Positions 1 to 10,459 of a DNA stretch of 32,000 nucleotides are shown piece by piece. Position numbers and translations under genes: made by a program. The DNA lies in contig NZ_LT934425.1 of assembly GCF_900232105.1 (NCBI RefSeq), positions 1,380,001 to 1,412,000 of the forward strand, read 5' to 3'. Under the pieces are notes generated by a model that was not told the DNA's origin, made no database searches, and saw only the letters and a program-made list of their open reading frames with translations. Origin of the DNA: Candidatus Kuenenia stuttgartensis. Its GTDB lineage: Bacteria; Planctomycetota; Brocadiia; Brocadiales; Brocadiaceae. The first letter of the stretch is position 1. Each line of letters starts with the position of its first letter.

Positions 1-294
1 GTTGTTGCGGAAACAAATTATGATCTGACCAGCCTTATAGGGATCAGGTCGAATTCTTTGCCGGGCTTTATGCTTGGCGGGTTAGTGTTGTTTGGTTATT
101 TTTATTTGGGGATATCCTTCCCCTACCGGTTTTTAAAACGCAGAAAAAGTTTGGCTATAGAGAAGCTCGGGTTCATTAGATATACAATCGTTGCCTTCCT
201 CTTTCTCTGCATGATGGCGCTTCCGATAAAAGTATGCCTGCGATTGGTGTTTCACATAAAATATATCTGGGTGACCCCCTGGTTTAACATATAA
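1..294 (+). CDS. 3' end of an integral-membrane protein gene (5' part outside the window)
   Basis: Frame +1 is open from nt 1 to TAA 292-294; the ORF track shows only the Met-started part from 58. The translation (VVAETNYDLTSLIGIRSNSLPGFMLGGLVLFGYFYLGISF...TIVAFLFLCMMALPI...WVTPWFNI) has two helix-length hydrophobic segments. It ends 17 nt before the cytochrome gene on the same strand, so it is probably the same operon. The family is not recognisable from this fragment. Confidence 0.55.
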   Translation, partial: VVAETNYDLTSLIGIRSNSLPGFMLGGLVLFGYFYLGISFPYRFLKRRKSLAIEKLGFIRYTIVAFLFLCMMALPIKVCLRLVFHIKYIWVTPWFNI

Positions 295-311
295 TTTTCT
301 ATTATTTACGT

Positions 312-3158
312 GTGATTATGGAAACCGGAAAAGTACGAAAAAAAGAAAAGAGAGAAGAGGAAAAGTCCTATTCGGCGGCGTTTGCGGTTGTAAGCTTTAT
401 CCTTGCTGCAGTTGCCTTGTGGGCAGTAGTGAATGAAGTAGTTGACAGACGGCCATGGAAAAAATATCAAAAGAAATTTTATCAGTTGGAATATGAAAAA
501 GCAGGGGAAGAATACACAAAGTCAGTCGCCATTTTCGAGAGTCCCGAAGTACAAAAAAAATATACGGAGGCAAAAGAAAACCTGAAACATGCACAGGATG
601 CCTTCATTGCTCCAGCAGTACAGAAGGAGTATCAAAACCTGTTAACCGAAGAAAAGCGCGCCGGACAGGAAGTCGAGTCATTGAAATTTCTGTCCGTGGT
701 GGCACGAAATAAAATCTCTGAGAAAGAATACCTTTATGGGAAAACGCAGAATGAACAATTGAAAGAAGAAATAGCTGCGCTGGAAAAAGAAAATGAAGAA
801 CGTGCCATGAAACGGAAGGTGGCTGAAAACCGGCTTGCATTAATCAGGACAAGGCAGGGAGAATTGAAAAAAGATGTTATAACTTATACAAATGAATTAG
901 ATTCATACACTTCGGGAGTAGCGTATAGCAAAAACAAATTAAATAAATTCAAAACAGCACGTACAGGTCTCCAGGTATACCAAACCTATCTGGAAGATAT
1001 AAATATAGTTGATCGATGCATGTCCTGCCACCCCGGCATAGATAAACCTGAAAGTGTTTCAGAAGAACAGCCATATGCAAGCCATCCCGACAGACAATTA
1101 TATCTGGGAAATCACCCGCCTGAAAAATTTGGCTGCGTTTTATGCCACGAAGGACAATCAAGCGCAACATCAGGGGTGAAAAAAGCGCACGGAGAGGTTG
1201 AATACTGGCTTACTCCAATATACCGCGGTGTCGTTGCGCAGGCCTCATGCATCAGATGCCATAATGGTGTAAGGGAAGTAAAGGGGGCAGAGGTACTTTG
1301 GGAAGGGAAAAAGTTATTCGGGGAACTTGGTTGTTATGGTTGCCATGATACAGAAGGTTTTGGAGAGTATAAGGACAGAATTATAGGTCCCGGTTTGCGT
1401 AATATTAAAAACAAGGTAAAACCCGGATGGTTAACTGACTGGATAAGAGATCCAAAGGCTTTCAGGCCAACCACCCGAATGCCGGACTTTAAATTGTCCG
1501 AAGAAGAATCCCGTGCAATAGCAGCATATCTATGGCAACACGCTGACAATGCGGAAGACGATAATGACGAAATAATCCGGCTTACCGGGGAAGAGTACGA
1601 ACGTGGCGATTTCCTTTTTGAACAAACAGGCTGTTTGGCATGCCATAGTTATGAAGAAGGGGCGGAAAGAACGTTTGCCCCCAATCTGGCAAAGACTGGC
1701 GCAAAGATGCGCGATATGTATCTGGTTGAATGGATACTCAATCCAAAAAGTAAAGAACCACTTACAAGGATGCCAAATTTCAGGATAGACGACGTAAATG
1801 CCCGCCTCATCGCCGGATATTTAATAGGCAAAACAAAACAACCTTCTGACGATGATGAAACTAAGAATATTGAATGGTTAACAGACAAAAACAAGGCGCG
1901 CACGGGCGAGGCTTTAATCAAAAGATATGGCTGTTTTGGATGCCATGAAATTAAGGGCATGGAAGGACTTGGCAAAATTGGCGCAGAATTGTCCGATATC
2001 GGATCGAAACACATACCCTTATTCGATTTCGGGCTTTTGGAAAAAAAGATACTTGGCGAGGCAGGGCTGAAACATTATACGGAAAACATTGGCGAGGCAA
2101 GAAGGGCATGGTTGCAGGCAAAATTGCAGCACCCAAGACAGTTTGACGAAGGGAAGTATAAAAAGCCGGAAGACCGGCTGAAGATGCCAGACTTTAGATT
2201 GTCCGTGGAACAGATAAAAGCGTTGGTCATCTTTCTTTCAGGATTAAGGGATGAAAAATTGCCGGAGAAATATGTTGCGTCGTTATCTGAGAGACAAAAG
2301 GTAATTGCGGAAGGCAGGATGATTATAAACAAATACAATTGCTCCGGATGCCATCAGTTTGATTTGGACAGAATATATCTTAACGATGGTATAGAACTTT
2401 CGGGAATGGTAAAAATAGAAGAGGATGACGGCGTTTATTTTCAATTAATGGAAGATAACGAGCGCTACGGGCACAAAGCCGGTGAGGTGGTATTTATTGC
2501 AGCAGAAGATGTTGTAAAACAGGACAGAGTAACGGAAATTGAACTGGCGAACCGGATTATAGCATATCATGTGGAAGAAATAGGCATCATGCCTGAAGAG
2601 GCACGGGTCTTTGTGCCACCATTATTATACGGCGAAGGGAAGAAAGTACAATGCGAGTGGACATTTGCGTTTTTAAAAGAACCCTTTGATCTCAGACCCT
2701 GGCTTGACGTAAAAATGCCATCGTTTGACATGTCTACCGAAGATGCAACGAAGCTGGCTATATTTCTTGCCGCAAAAGATGGGGAACAATACCCTTATGA
2801 GTATATCGAAGAAACAAAAAAGGGATATATAGAAAAAAAAGAACTGGCATTTCCCGGGTATCTCGAAGCTGCGAAAAAGCTATTCGAATCTGAAAATGTT
2901 CATTGCCTGCAATGCCATATCAGAGGCAGTAAAATGCCGGAAGGGGAGCCCGCAGACTGGGCGCCTGATCTAATGCTTGCAAAGACACGGCTCAAGCCGG
3001 AGTGGATTAAGAAATGGCTTTTAGACCCGCAATCGATTCAGCCGGGAACAAAAATGCCTAAATTTTTCAGAGAAGGAGAATTTCAGGAATATATTCCCGG
3101 AACACCTGAAGAACAGGTAGAGGTTATGAAGGATTTTTTGATGAACCTTTGGGAATAG
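312..3158 (+). CDS. Membrane-anchored octahaem c-type cytochrome (948 aa)
   Basis: Eight CxxCH motifs are read directly: CMSCH, CVLCH, CIRCH, CYGCH, CLACH, CFGCH, CSGCH, CLQCH. The last five are each followed by an (R/K)MP(D/N/S/K)F Met-ligand-type motif, as in class-I cytochrome c modules. The N-terminus has a TM helix (SYSAAFAVVSFILAAVALWAVV) followed by about 190 aa of charged, coiled-coil-like sequence. The start is GTG 312 or ATG 318. Confidence 0.9.
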   Translation: MIMETGKVRKKEKREEEKSYSAAFAVVSFILAAVALWAVVNEVVDRRPWKKYQKKFYQLEYEKAGEEYTKSVAIFESPEVQKKYTEAKENLKHAQDAFIAPAVQKEYQNLLTEEKRAGQEVESLKFLSVVARNKISEKEYLYGKTQNEQLKEEIAALEKENEERAMKRKVAENRLALIRTRQGELKKDVITYTNELDSYTSGVAYSKNKLNKFKTARTGLQVYQTYLEDINIVDRCMSCHPGIDKPESVSEEQPYASHPDRQLYLGNHPPEKFGCVLCHEGQSSATSGVKKAHGEVEYWLTPIYRGVVAQASCIRCHNGVREVKGAEVLWEGKKLFGELGCYGCHDTEGFGEYKDRIIGPGLRNIKNKVKPGWLTDWIRDPKAFRPTTRMPDFKLSEEESRAIAAYLWQHADNAEDDNDEIIRLTGEEYERGDFLFEQTGCLACHSYEEGAERTFAPNLAKTGAKMRDMYLVEWILNPKSKEPLTRMPNFRIDDVNARLIAGYLIGKTKQPSDDDETKNIEWLTDKNKARTGEALIKRYGCFGCHEIKGMEGLGKIGAELSDIGSKHIPLFDFGLLEKKILGEAGLKHYTENIGEARRAWLQAKLQHPRQFDEGKYKKPEDRLKMPDFRLSVEQIKALVIFLSGLRDEKLPEKYVASLSERQKVIAEGRMIINKYNCSGCHQFDLDRIYLNDGIELSGMVKIEEDDGVYFQLMEDNERYGHKAGEVVFIAAEDVVKQDRVTEIELANRIIAYHVEEIGIMPEEARVFVPPLLYGEGKKVQCEWTFAFLKEPFDLRPWLDVKMPSFDMSTEDATKLAIFLAAKDGEQYPYEYIEETKKGYIEKKELAFPGYLEAAKKLFESENVHCLQCHIRGSKMPEGEPADWAPDLMLAKTRLKPEWIKKWLLDPQSIQPGTKMPKFFREGEFQEYIPGTPEEQVEVMKDFLMNLWE

Positions 3159-3444
3159 CACTACAAAGAAACAACCATGACAGGGTTAATGCACTGCCAA
3201 TTTTTGTGCTGGACGTAAGAATAAAATGTCGCTTTAGGTAACACTTTAGTTTTTTGGAAAACGTATCACCTAATAGAGCGCAAAATATTGCATCTCTCTA
3301 CCGTAGGAGCAAGCTGTCTCCCTGTCAATCATTCATTTTACAGGTTGCTCCTGACGGAGCTATTTATCCTAAGCTAGCATAGCCAGAACTAAACAAGCAC
3401 GAAATACGAAAGATGCTCTCGTTTAGCATTTCAAATAATACTCT

Positions 3445-3470
3445 CGTTCCCAAGCTCTGGCTTGGGAACG
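3445..3470. repeat. REP palindrome CGTTCCCAAGC-TCTG-GCTTGGGAACG
   Basis: Perfect 11-bp arms with a 4-nt loop, with the same arms as the palindromes next to the RAYT genes. Confidence 0.85.
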
Positions 3471-3636
3471 CAATTGTTTGAGAAGCTCCAGCTTCGCCTG
3501 GAAAAAAAGAATGAAAAATGCTACCGATGATATTTAAAAATATCTTTCGGTGCTTCATCTTACCCATTTAGTCCACATACAAAGTTTAAACCGAATAATT
3601 ATGACGAAAGGGAAGCGGGAGCTTCCAATGCATTTA

Positions 3637-3662
3637 CGTTCCCAAACCGGAGCTTGGGAACG
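3637..3662. repeat. REP palindrome CGTTCCCAAAC-CGGA-GCTTGGGAACG
   Basis: One arm mismatch; otherwise identical to 13329-13354 and 30864-30889. Confidence 0.8.
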
Positions 3663-3730
3663 AGCGCTTTTACTTTTTAAAGAATATAAACTGTTAGCGC
3701 TTTAGTTATTATTCAAGGTTAACGCAAGGG

Positions 3731-4933
3731 TTATTTCGCCTCCAGTTTTTTAATTGCCTCTAATACTTTCGACCTGTCGGTTGGGTTTGTCGCATATTTA
3801 ACACAATTCCGGTATTGTTCGAGGGCCTTTGCCGTGTTCTTTTTTGCTTCATAGAGGGCAGCTATGGTAAAATTGGATTCAAAATCCGCCGGGTCGATAT
3901 TCAGCACTTTTTTAAAAGCATCCATGGATGCCTCTCCTTTGTCCTCCAGTAGATACAACACTCCCAACTGTTTGAAATATTTAGCCTGGTTCATAGGGTA
4001 TATTGTTAATGCATGATTGTAGACTGTTATTGCTTTTGAAAAGCTACCGGCAATAACATAGGCATTGGCAAGTTCGTGAAAGAGGTCTAACCCTAAAAAG
4101 GACATGTACCTTATATGTTCTTCATTGCCTGAATCAAATAAATGTATTGCCTTTTCTCCCGTTTTTATTAAACGGTCGATTTTTTCAGGATTCTCCAGAT
4201 AATGGGAAAATAACGTATATTGCAGAACAAACTCTTCCGGCATATCAGAAACAAGTTCCAGTAATTTGTTTTCCGTTTCCTGATATGTGAATTTTCCCTG
4301 ATAGTAACTTTCTATGATATCTTCGGCAGTTTCCATTACTTTGTCTGAAAGGCAAAGTCTTGTGATTTGCTGCACAAGTTTTTCAAACATTTCCGGAATT
4401 TTCTCCGCTGACTCGCATTCCCCCACCAATGCACCCACCGTTTTATCCTTCATCTCCTGCAGTCTTACTGTTTCTATTTCCTTTGCATTTATCACTTCGA
4501 TATCTGCCCGGTATCCTTCGCCAAATTGGGAAAGACTGCCTTTTATCCCGAAATCTGCATTTAATTGCTTTGTCATTTTTACTACTTTTTCCCACTCAAA
4601 ACTAAAAAAAAGGTCTATAATATCTTTATTACTAAAGTTTGAACCTTTTTCCACGTTGTCAATCTTGTAGAAATTATGCAAAACAGTTTTTCTCACATAA
4701 TGGTAAGTACGTTTCTGGTCTATTACGCTAAAAAGACCAGACCGGATTAACTCGCTTTGTATAATACGTTCCACCCCTGCAATTTGACTCTCTGATCCAA
4801 GGTTATACACAAAGGGAAAGATAACAACCTTATATTTTTGTTCCTGCGCAGGCAAGGTTTGCGCTGAAAAGATAAAAAAAGTAATAGTGAATATTAATGA
4901 TGTATAAGTTTTTTTTAACATTTTTAAGGGCAT
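3731..4933 (-). CDS. Secreted TPR-repeat protein (400 aa), function unknown
   Basis: N-terminal signal-like segment (LIFTITFFIFSAQTLPAQE). The C-terminal third has TPR-like helical repeats (AITVYNHALTIYPMNQAKYFKQLGVLYLLEDKGEASMDAFKKVLNIDPADFESNFTIAALYEAKKNTAKALEQYRNCVKY). Confidence 0.7.
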   Translation of the reverse strand: MPLKMLKKTYTSLIFTITFFIFSAQTLPAQEQKYKVVIFPFVYNLGSESQIAGVERIIQSELIRSGLFSVIDQKRTYHYVRKTVLHNFYKIDNVEKGSNFSNKDIIDLFFSFEWEKVVKMTKQLNADFGIKGSLSQFGEGYRADIEVINAKEIETVRLQEMKDKTVGALVGECESAEKIPEMFEKLVQQITRLCLSDKVMETAEDIIESYYQGKFTYQETENKLLELVSDMPEEFVLQYTLFSHYLENPEKIDRLIKTGEKAIHLFDSGNEEHIRYMSFLGLDLFHELANAYVIAGSFSKAITVYNHALTIYPMNQAKYFKQLGVLYLLEDKGEASMDAFKKVLNIDPADFESNFTIAALYEAKKNTAKALEQYRNCVKYATNPTDRSKVLEAIKKLEAK

Positions 4934-4977
4934 CTTTTTATTAAAGGGATTATCGGTATTGAGTTTATTTTAAAATA

Positions 4978-5023
4978 AATAAAAAAAGCCCGATCATTTG
5001 TAGTTAATACAAATTAGCAGGCT
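4978..5023 (-). terminator. Rho-independent terminator downstream of the FlgM-like gene
   Basis: The minus strand reads AGCCTGCTAATTTGTA-ttaac-TACAAATGATCGGGCT followed by TTTTTTT. The 16-bp stem has 2 mismatches and 1 G-U pair. Confidence 0.6.
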
Positions 5024-5130
5024 CTTATTACCACTCCGGGATTTACGAGAAAGTAAAAACATGTTTAAAATGGATTCGGAAGGGTGCCGGGAGATGACTA
5101 CCGCAGTTTTTGTATTTGGCAAAAAGTTTT

Positions 5131-5475
5131 TTATGCCTTGTTTTTGAATGCAGCTATTATTTTATCCGCCACTTCTTCTGATATTTCCTCTTTTTCATAA
5201 AACCCTGTTTCCAGTTTTTCTTTTACTTCCACTAATTTTGCAGACCTTGTATCCGATACTTCGTTTTTAACGATTGCTTTCAGATTTTCAATTTTTTCGC
5301 TAAAAATCCTGGACTCCTGAGAAATGCTAACGGCGTCTTGTTTTTCGGAACTGGTATTCCCCTCTTTCTCTCTGTTTTTTACCGGCTTATTCGCTTCGTA
5401 ACGCTTCAAGCCAATACTTTTCAGCATGGAGGGGTCGCTCGTTATTCTATCCATAGTACCTTCCTTAATATTCAA
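5131..5475 (-). CDS. flgM: Anti-sigma-28 factor FlgM-like protein (114 aa)
   Basis: A small acidic/Lys-rich protein whose C-terminal half follows the FlgM pattern (DAVSISQESR ... VSDTRSAKLVEVKEKLETGFYEKEEISEEVADKII). Recognition is by pattern only. Confidence 0.55.
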   Translation of the reverse strand: MNIKEGTMDRITSDPSMLKSIGLKRYEANKPVKNREKEGNTSSEKQDAVSISQESRIFSEKIENLKAIVKNEVSDTRSAKLVEVKEKLETGFYEKEEISEEVADKIIAAFKNKA

Positions 5476-5735
5476 AAATGTTTTTTTAAGTTTGTAGATT
5501 TAAATTTCGCACTGTACAGAACAAATAAAAGGCGCGTTTAATATCATTTTTAGTTAAATTTTGCCGCCATTAAAAATTATATCTTCATTGTATCGTTATT
5601 CAAAACTTTATTCTCTCAGAACCGTATACGTTTATTGTGGTGCAACGCTAGTTTTGATATCGGCAAAAATGGGCACTGATTTAGGTTTTTATCAAAGTAT
5701 TTTTGTTTCTCTCTGATAGCAGGTTTTTTGAAACC

Positions 5736-5807
5736 GTAGGGACGAAGCATTTGCTATAACGGGCAGACATGCGTTCATGCTCAAACGGCCAAATGCTTCA
5801 CCCCTAC
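5736..5807. repeat. Long inverted repeat GTAGGGACGAAGCATTTG ... CAAATGCTTCACCCCTAC
   Basis: 18-nt arms with 2 mismatches and a 36-nt spacer, in the flgM-like/eno divergent intergenic region. It shares the GTAGGGAC core with the palindrome at 21432-21467. Confidence 0.7.
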
Positions 5808-5931
5808 ACCGTGCGGCAAATATCGTTATTATTGGAATTTTTCAAAAAACGAAATTGATACAATTTAGCGCATGTTTTCCACGTATAAGATATATATAAA
5901 ATGATTAGAACAGCAGTCTAACAGAATATAT

Positions 5932-5960
5932 TTGACATCAGCCAAAAAATGTGCTATAGA
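5932..5960 (+). promoter_or_regulatory. Candidate sigma-70-type promoter for eno
   Basis: TTGACA (5932-5937), 17-nt spacer, TATAGA (5955-5960) preceded by TGc (extended -10), about 72 nt upstream of the eno start. Confidence 0.4.
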
Positions 5961-6017
5961 GGAATTCATGTTTTTTTAAAGTTCGTAACTTACATTCTAT
6001 CAATGATATACATATAA

Positions 6018-7840
<1,823 letters not shown>

Positions 7841-9063
7841 AGATGCGAAAAGCGCTTCGCGGCGTATTGCTACGGCAAGCACAGCGTTAAAAAATACTGC
7901 ACTTGATTATATTGCGGAAGGCATAAATTCCTCTGCGGATTTCATTCTAACGGAAAATAAAAAAGATGTGCTCGCCGCAAAACAAGCCGGACTGTCAGAA
8001 GCGATGATTGACCGCCTATCCCTGACCGATAAACGTATCAACGCAATGGCTGACGGTGTAAGGCAAATCATTCATCTTGCCGACCCTGTAGGAGAAATTA
8101 TTCATGGGCATACACGGCCAAATGGTTTGCAGATAAAAAAAATACGCACACCAATCGGCGTAATTGTTATTATTTATGAATCACGGCCTAATGTGACCGC
8201 CGATGCTGCGGCATTGTGTCTGAAAGCAGGAAATGCCGTTATATTAAGGGGTGGGAAAGAGGCGATTCATTCTAATATTGCGCTGTATAAAATACTTACT
8301 GCCGCTTTGGAAAAGGCAGGACTCGATAAAAACGGCATACAGCTTGTCGAAATTACAGAGAGGGAGGCGATTGATTATTTACTTACGTCTGACAAATATG
8401 TTGACGTCGTCATTCCTCGTGGCGGAGAAGCACTCATCCGTACCGTCGTTGAAAAATCGACCATCCCTGTTATAAAACACTATAAAGGCGTTTGCCATAC
8501 CTACGTGGATGAATTTGCCGATCTGAAAATTGCCGAAGAGGTTTGTTTCAATGCCAAGGTTCAGCGGCCTGCAACCTGTAATGCAATGGAGACGATGCTG
8601 GTGCATGAAAATATCGCTCCCGTTTTTTTGCCAAAAATAGCGAAAAGATTAGTTGATTCCGGCGTGCAATTGCTGGGTTGCAAAAAAACATGTACCTTTT
8701 TAGATACGATAAAACCGGCAACGGACGAAGATTATCATAATGAATACCTGGATATGGTGTTAAACATAAAAGTAGTGGATTCAATAGATGACGCTATTTC
8801 TCATATAACAAAATACGGTTCAGGTCATTCAGAGGCAATCATCACTACCAATTATAGTAATGCCCTGCAATTTACCGGCGAGGTAGACGCCGCAGCGGTA
8901 TACGTCAACGCCTCTACCCGTTTTACCGATGGCTATGAGTTTGGCATGGGGGCTGAAATTGGCATTAGCACGGATAAACTCCACGCCAGAGGGCCAATGG
9001 GACTTGCAGAACTTACCTCCTATAAATTTGTGGTTTTTGGAAACGGCCAATTGCGGGAATAAC

Positions 9064-9140
9064 TACGAAGTACGATTTGGAATTTGGGACTTGGGATTTT
9101 AAATCATACCTCGTAATTCGTAATTCGTAATTCGCTTTTT
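9064..9140 (+). terminator. Long imperfect hairpin plus T-run after proA
   Basis: TACGAAGTACGA (9064-9075) can pair with the (TCGTAAT)n tract at 9111-9134 (11/12). Inner GATTT/AAATC pairing is also possible. The hairpin is followed by CTTTTT (9135-9140). The loop is unusually long, so the call is tentative. Confidence 0.4.
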
Positions 9141-9196
9141 GCGGCAAATTAACTTCCAAAGAAATACCTTCCCTGCCGTAAGGGCATTCATAAAAC

Positions 9197-9224
9197 TTGC
9201 TTCACCAGAAAAAAATGATATAAA
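9197..9224 (+). promoter_or_regulatory. Candidate sigma-70-type promoter for accA
   Basis: TTGCTT (9197-9202), 16-nt spacer, TGa-TATAAA (9219-9224), about 90 nt upstream of the accA start. Confidence 0.35.
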
Positions 9225-9314
9225 TTATTGTTTGTTTTGCGGAAATAGGACTTTTAAATAATTTCAAACGAATCAGGGAAACCTTTCATTATTTTTTTAT
9301 TTGGTGTAAATATT

Positions 9315-10292
9315 ATGGGAAAAGCAGCTTTTGGTGAAAGATCAATAGCAGAACTCGAGAATATGATTCTGGAACTTGAACATCGTATAGAAGATTTAGA
9401 AAATGCCTCTTTAAAAGGCGAATCAGAGCATGACGATGAATTACGCTACTTAAGGGAAGAGCAAGAACAGATACAAAAGGAAATCTTTGCTAAATTAACC
9501 CCTTATGATATCGTTAAAATCGCACGGCATCCCTTACGCCCACTGTCAACAGACTATATAAATTTTATCGTGGAAGACTTTGTTGAACTCCATGGGGATA
9601 AACGATTTGGCGATGATAAGGCAATGGTTTGCGGTTTTGGCAAGATTGATGAGGAAAAGGTGTTAATCGTAGGACACCGAAAGGGGAAAAGCACAAAGGA
9701 ACGTATTGCGTGTAATTTTGGCATGCCAAATCCTGAAGGATACCGGAAGTCATTGCAAAAGATGAAGCTTGCGGAAAAGTTTAAATTACCTGTTATTACT
9801 TTAATAGATACCCCGGGGGCAAATCCTGATATTGGAGCGGAAGAAAGGGGGCAGGCACATGCTATTGCAGAGAGTATTTATGAGATGTCCCGGCTGAGAA
9901 CGCCTATAATAAATATCGTTATCGGCGAAGGCGGCAGCGGAGGGGCATTAGGAATCGGAATTGGCGATATATTTGCAATTCTCGAATATGCCTACTATTC
10001 CGTTATTTCCCCAGAGGGATGTGCCGCAATATTATGGAAAAATGGAGAAATGGCGCCGGAAGCTGCTAAAAAACTACACTTAACTGCCAAGGATTTATTG
10101 AATTTGTGCATTGCGGATGAAATCATACCTGAACCATCCGGCGCTGCCCATAAAGACCCCGAAAAGACTGCCTCGACAATGAAATCGTTTCTGCTTAAAT
10201 ATCTGCATCAGTTAAAAACTATCCCTACCGACAAACTTATAGAAGACAGATACAACAGATACCGTAAAATAGGGAAATATCTGGAGGTTTAA
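9315..10292 (+). CDS. accA: Acetyl-CoA carboxylase carboxyltransferase subunit alpha
   Basis: AccA-type sequence (HPLRPLSTDYI, FGMPNPEGYRKSLQKMKLAEKFKLPVITLIDTPGANPDIGAEERGQAHAIA). Confidence 0.93.
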   Translation: MGKAAFGERSIAELENMILELEHRIEDLENASLKGESEHDDELRYLREEQEQIQKEIFAKLTPYDIVKIARHPLRPLSTDYINFIVEDFVELHGDKRFGDDKAMVCGFGKIDEEKVLIVGHRKGKSTKERIACNFGMPNPEGYRKSLQKMKLAEKFKLPVITLIDTPGANPDIGAEERGQAHAIAESIYEMSRLRTPIINIVIGEGGSGGALGIGIGDIFAILEYAYYSVISPEGCAAILWKNGEMAPEAAKKLHLTAKDLLNLCIADEIIPEPSGAAHKDPEKTASTMKSFLLKYLHQLKTIPTDKLIEDRYNRYRKIGKYLEV

Positions 10293-10297
10293 ACCAG

Positions 10298-10459
10298 AAT
10301 ACGAAGTACGATTTTACGATTTTTTTAATCTGTGCAATCGTTCTACAGAGCTCACGACGAAGTCTGTGTAATCGGTGGCTTCCTTTTTTATTAATTTACG
10401 ACTTGGGACTTGTGATTTTTAAATCGTACTTTGTAGCTCATAACTCGTACTTCGTATTC
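10298..10459. repeat. Inverted-repeat-bounded spacer between convergent genes
   Basis: GAATACGAAGTACGA (10298-10312) is the perfect reverse complement of TCGTACTTCGTATTC (10445-10459). The arms start 5 nt after the accA stop and end directly at the stop of the minus-strand gene. There is a second register, AAGTACGATTT / AAATCGTACTT (10421-10431). Confidence 0.8.

Larger units (their letters stand above)
3238..3697. mobile_element. MITE-like element, long (460 bp) member, carrying two REP hairpins
   Basis: The left end GTAACACTTTAGTT (3238-3251) is the same as in the 13119-13385 element. The right end is a degenerate AACT-GTTAG. The element is flanked by the direct repeat CGCTTTAG at 3230-3237 and 3698-3705. 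Its internal blocks (GCAwTTGTTTGAGAArCTCC..., CGTTCCCAArCCGGAGCTTGGGAACGAGCG) are shared with the 13119-13385 copy. Confidence 0.65.

Noticed and set aside
3364-3567. 67-aa minus-strand ORF in the cytochrome/TPR intergenic region
   Set aside because: It lies wholly inside the 460-bp MITE-like element and reads through a REP palindrome, so it is probably not a gene.
10298-10459. Bidirectional intrinsic terminator between accA and the TMTC-like gene
   Set aside because: The 15-bp perfect arms are 132 nt apart and lack flanking U-tracts, so this is not a canonical terminator. It is reported instead as a repeat/3'-end motif of unknown function.
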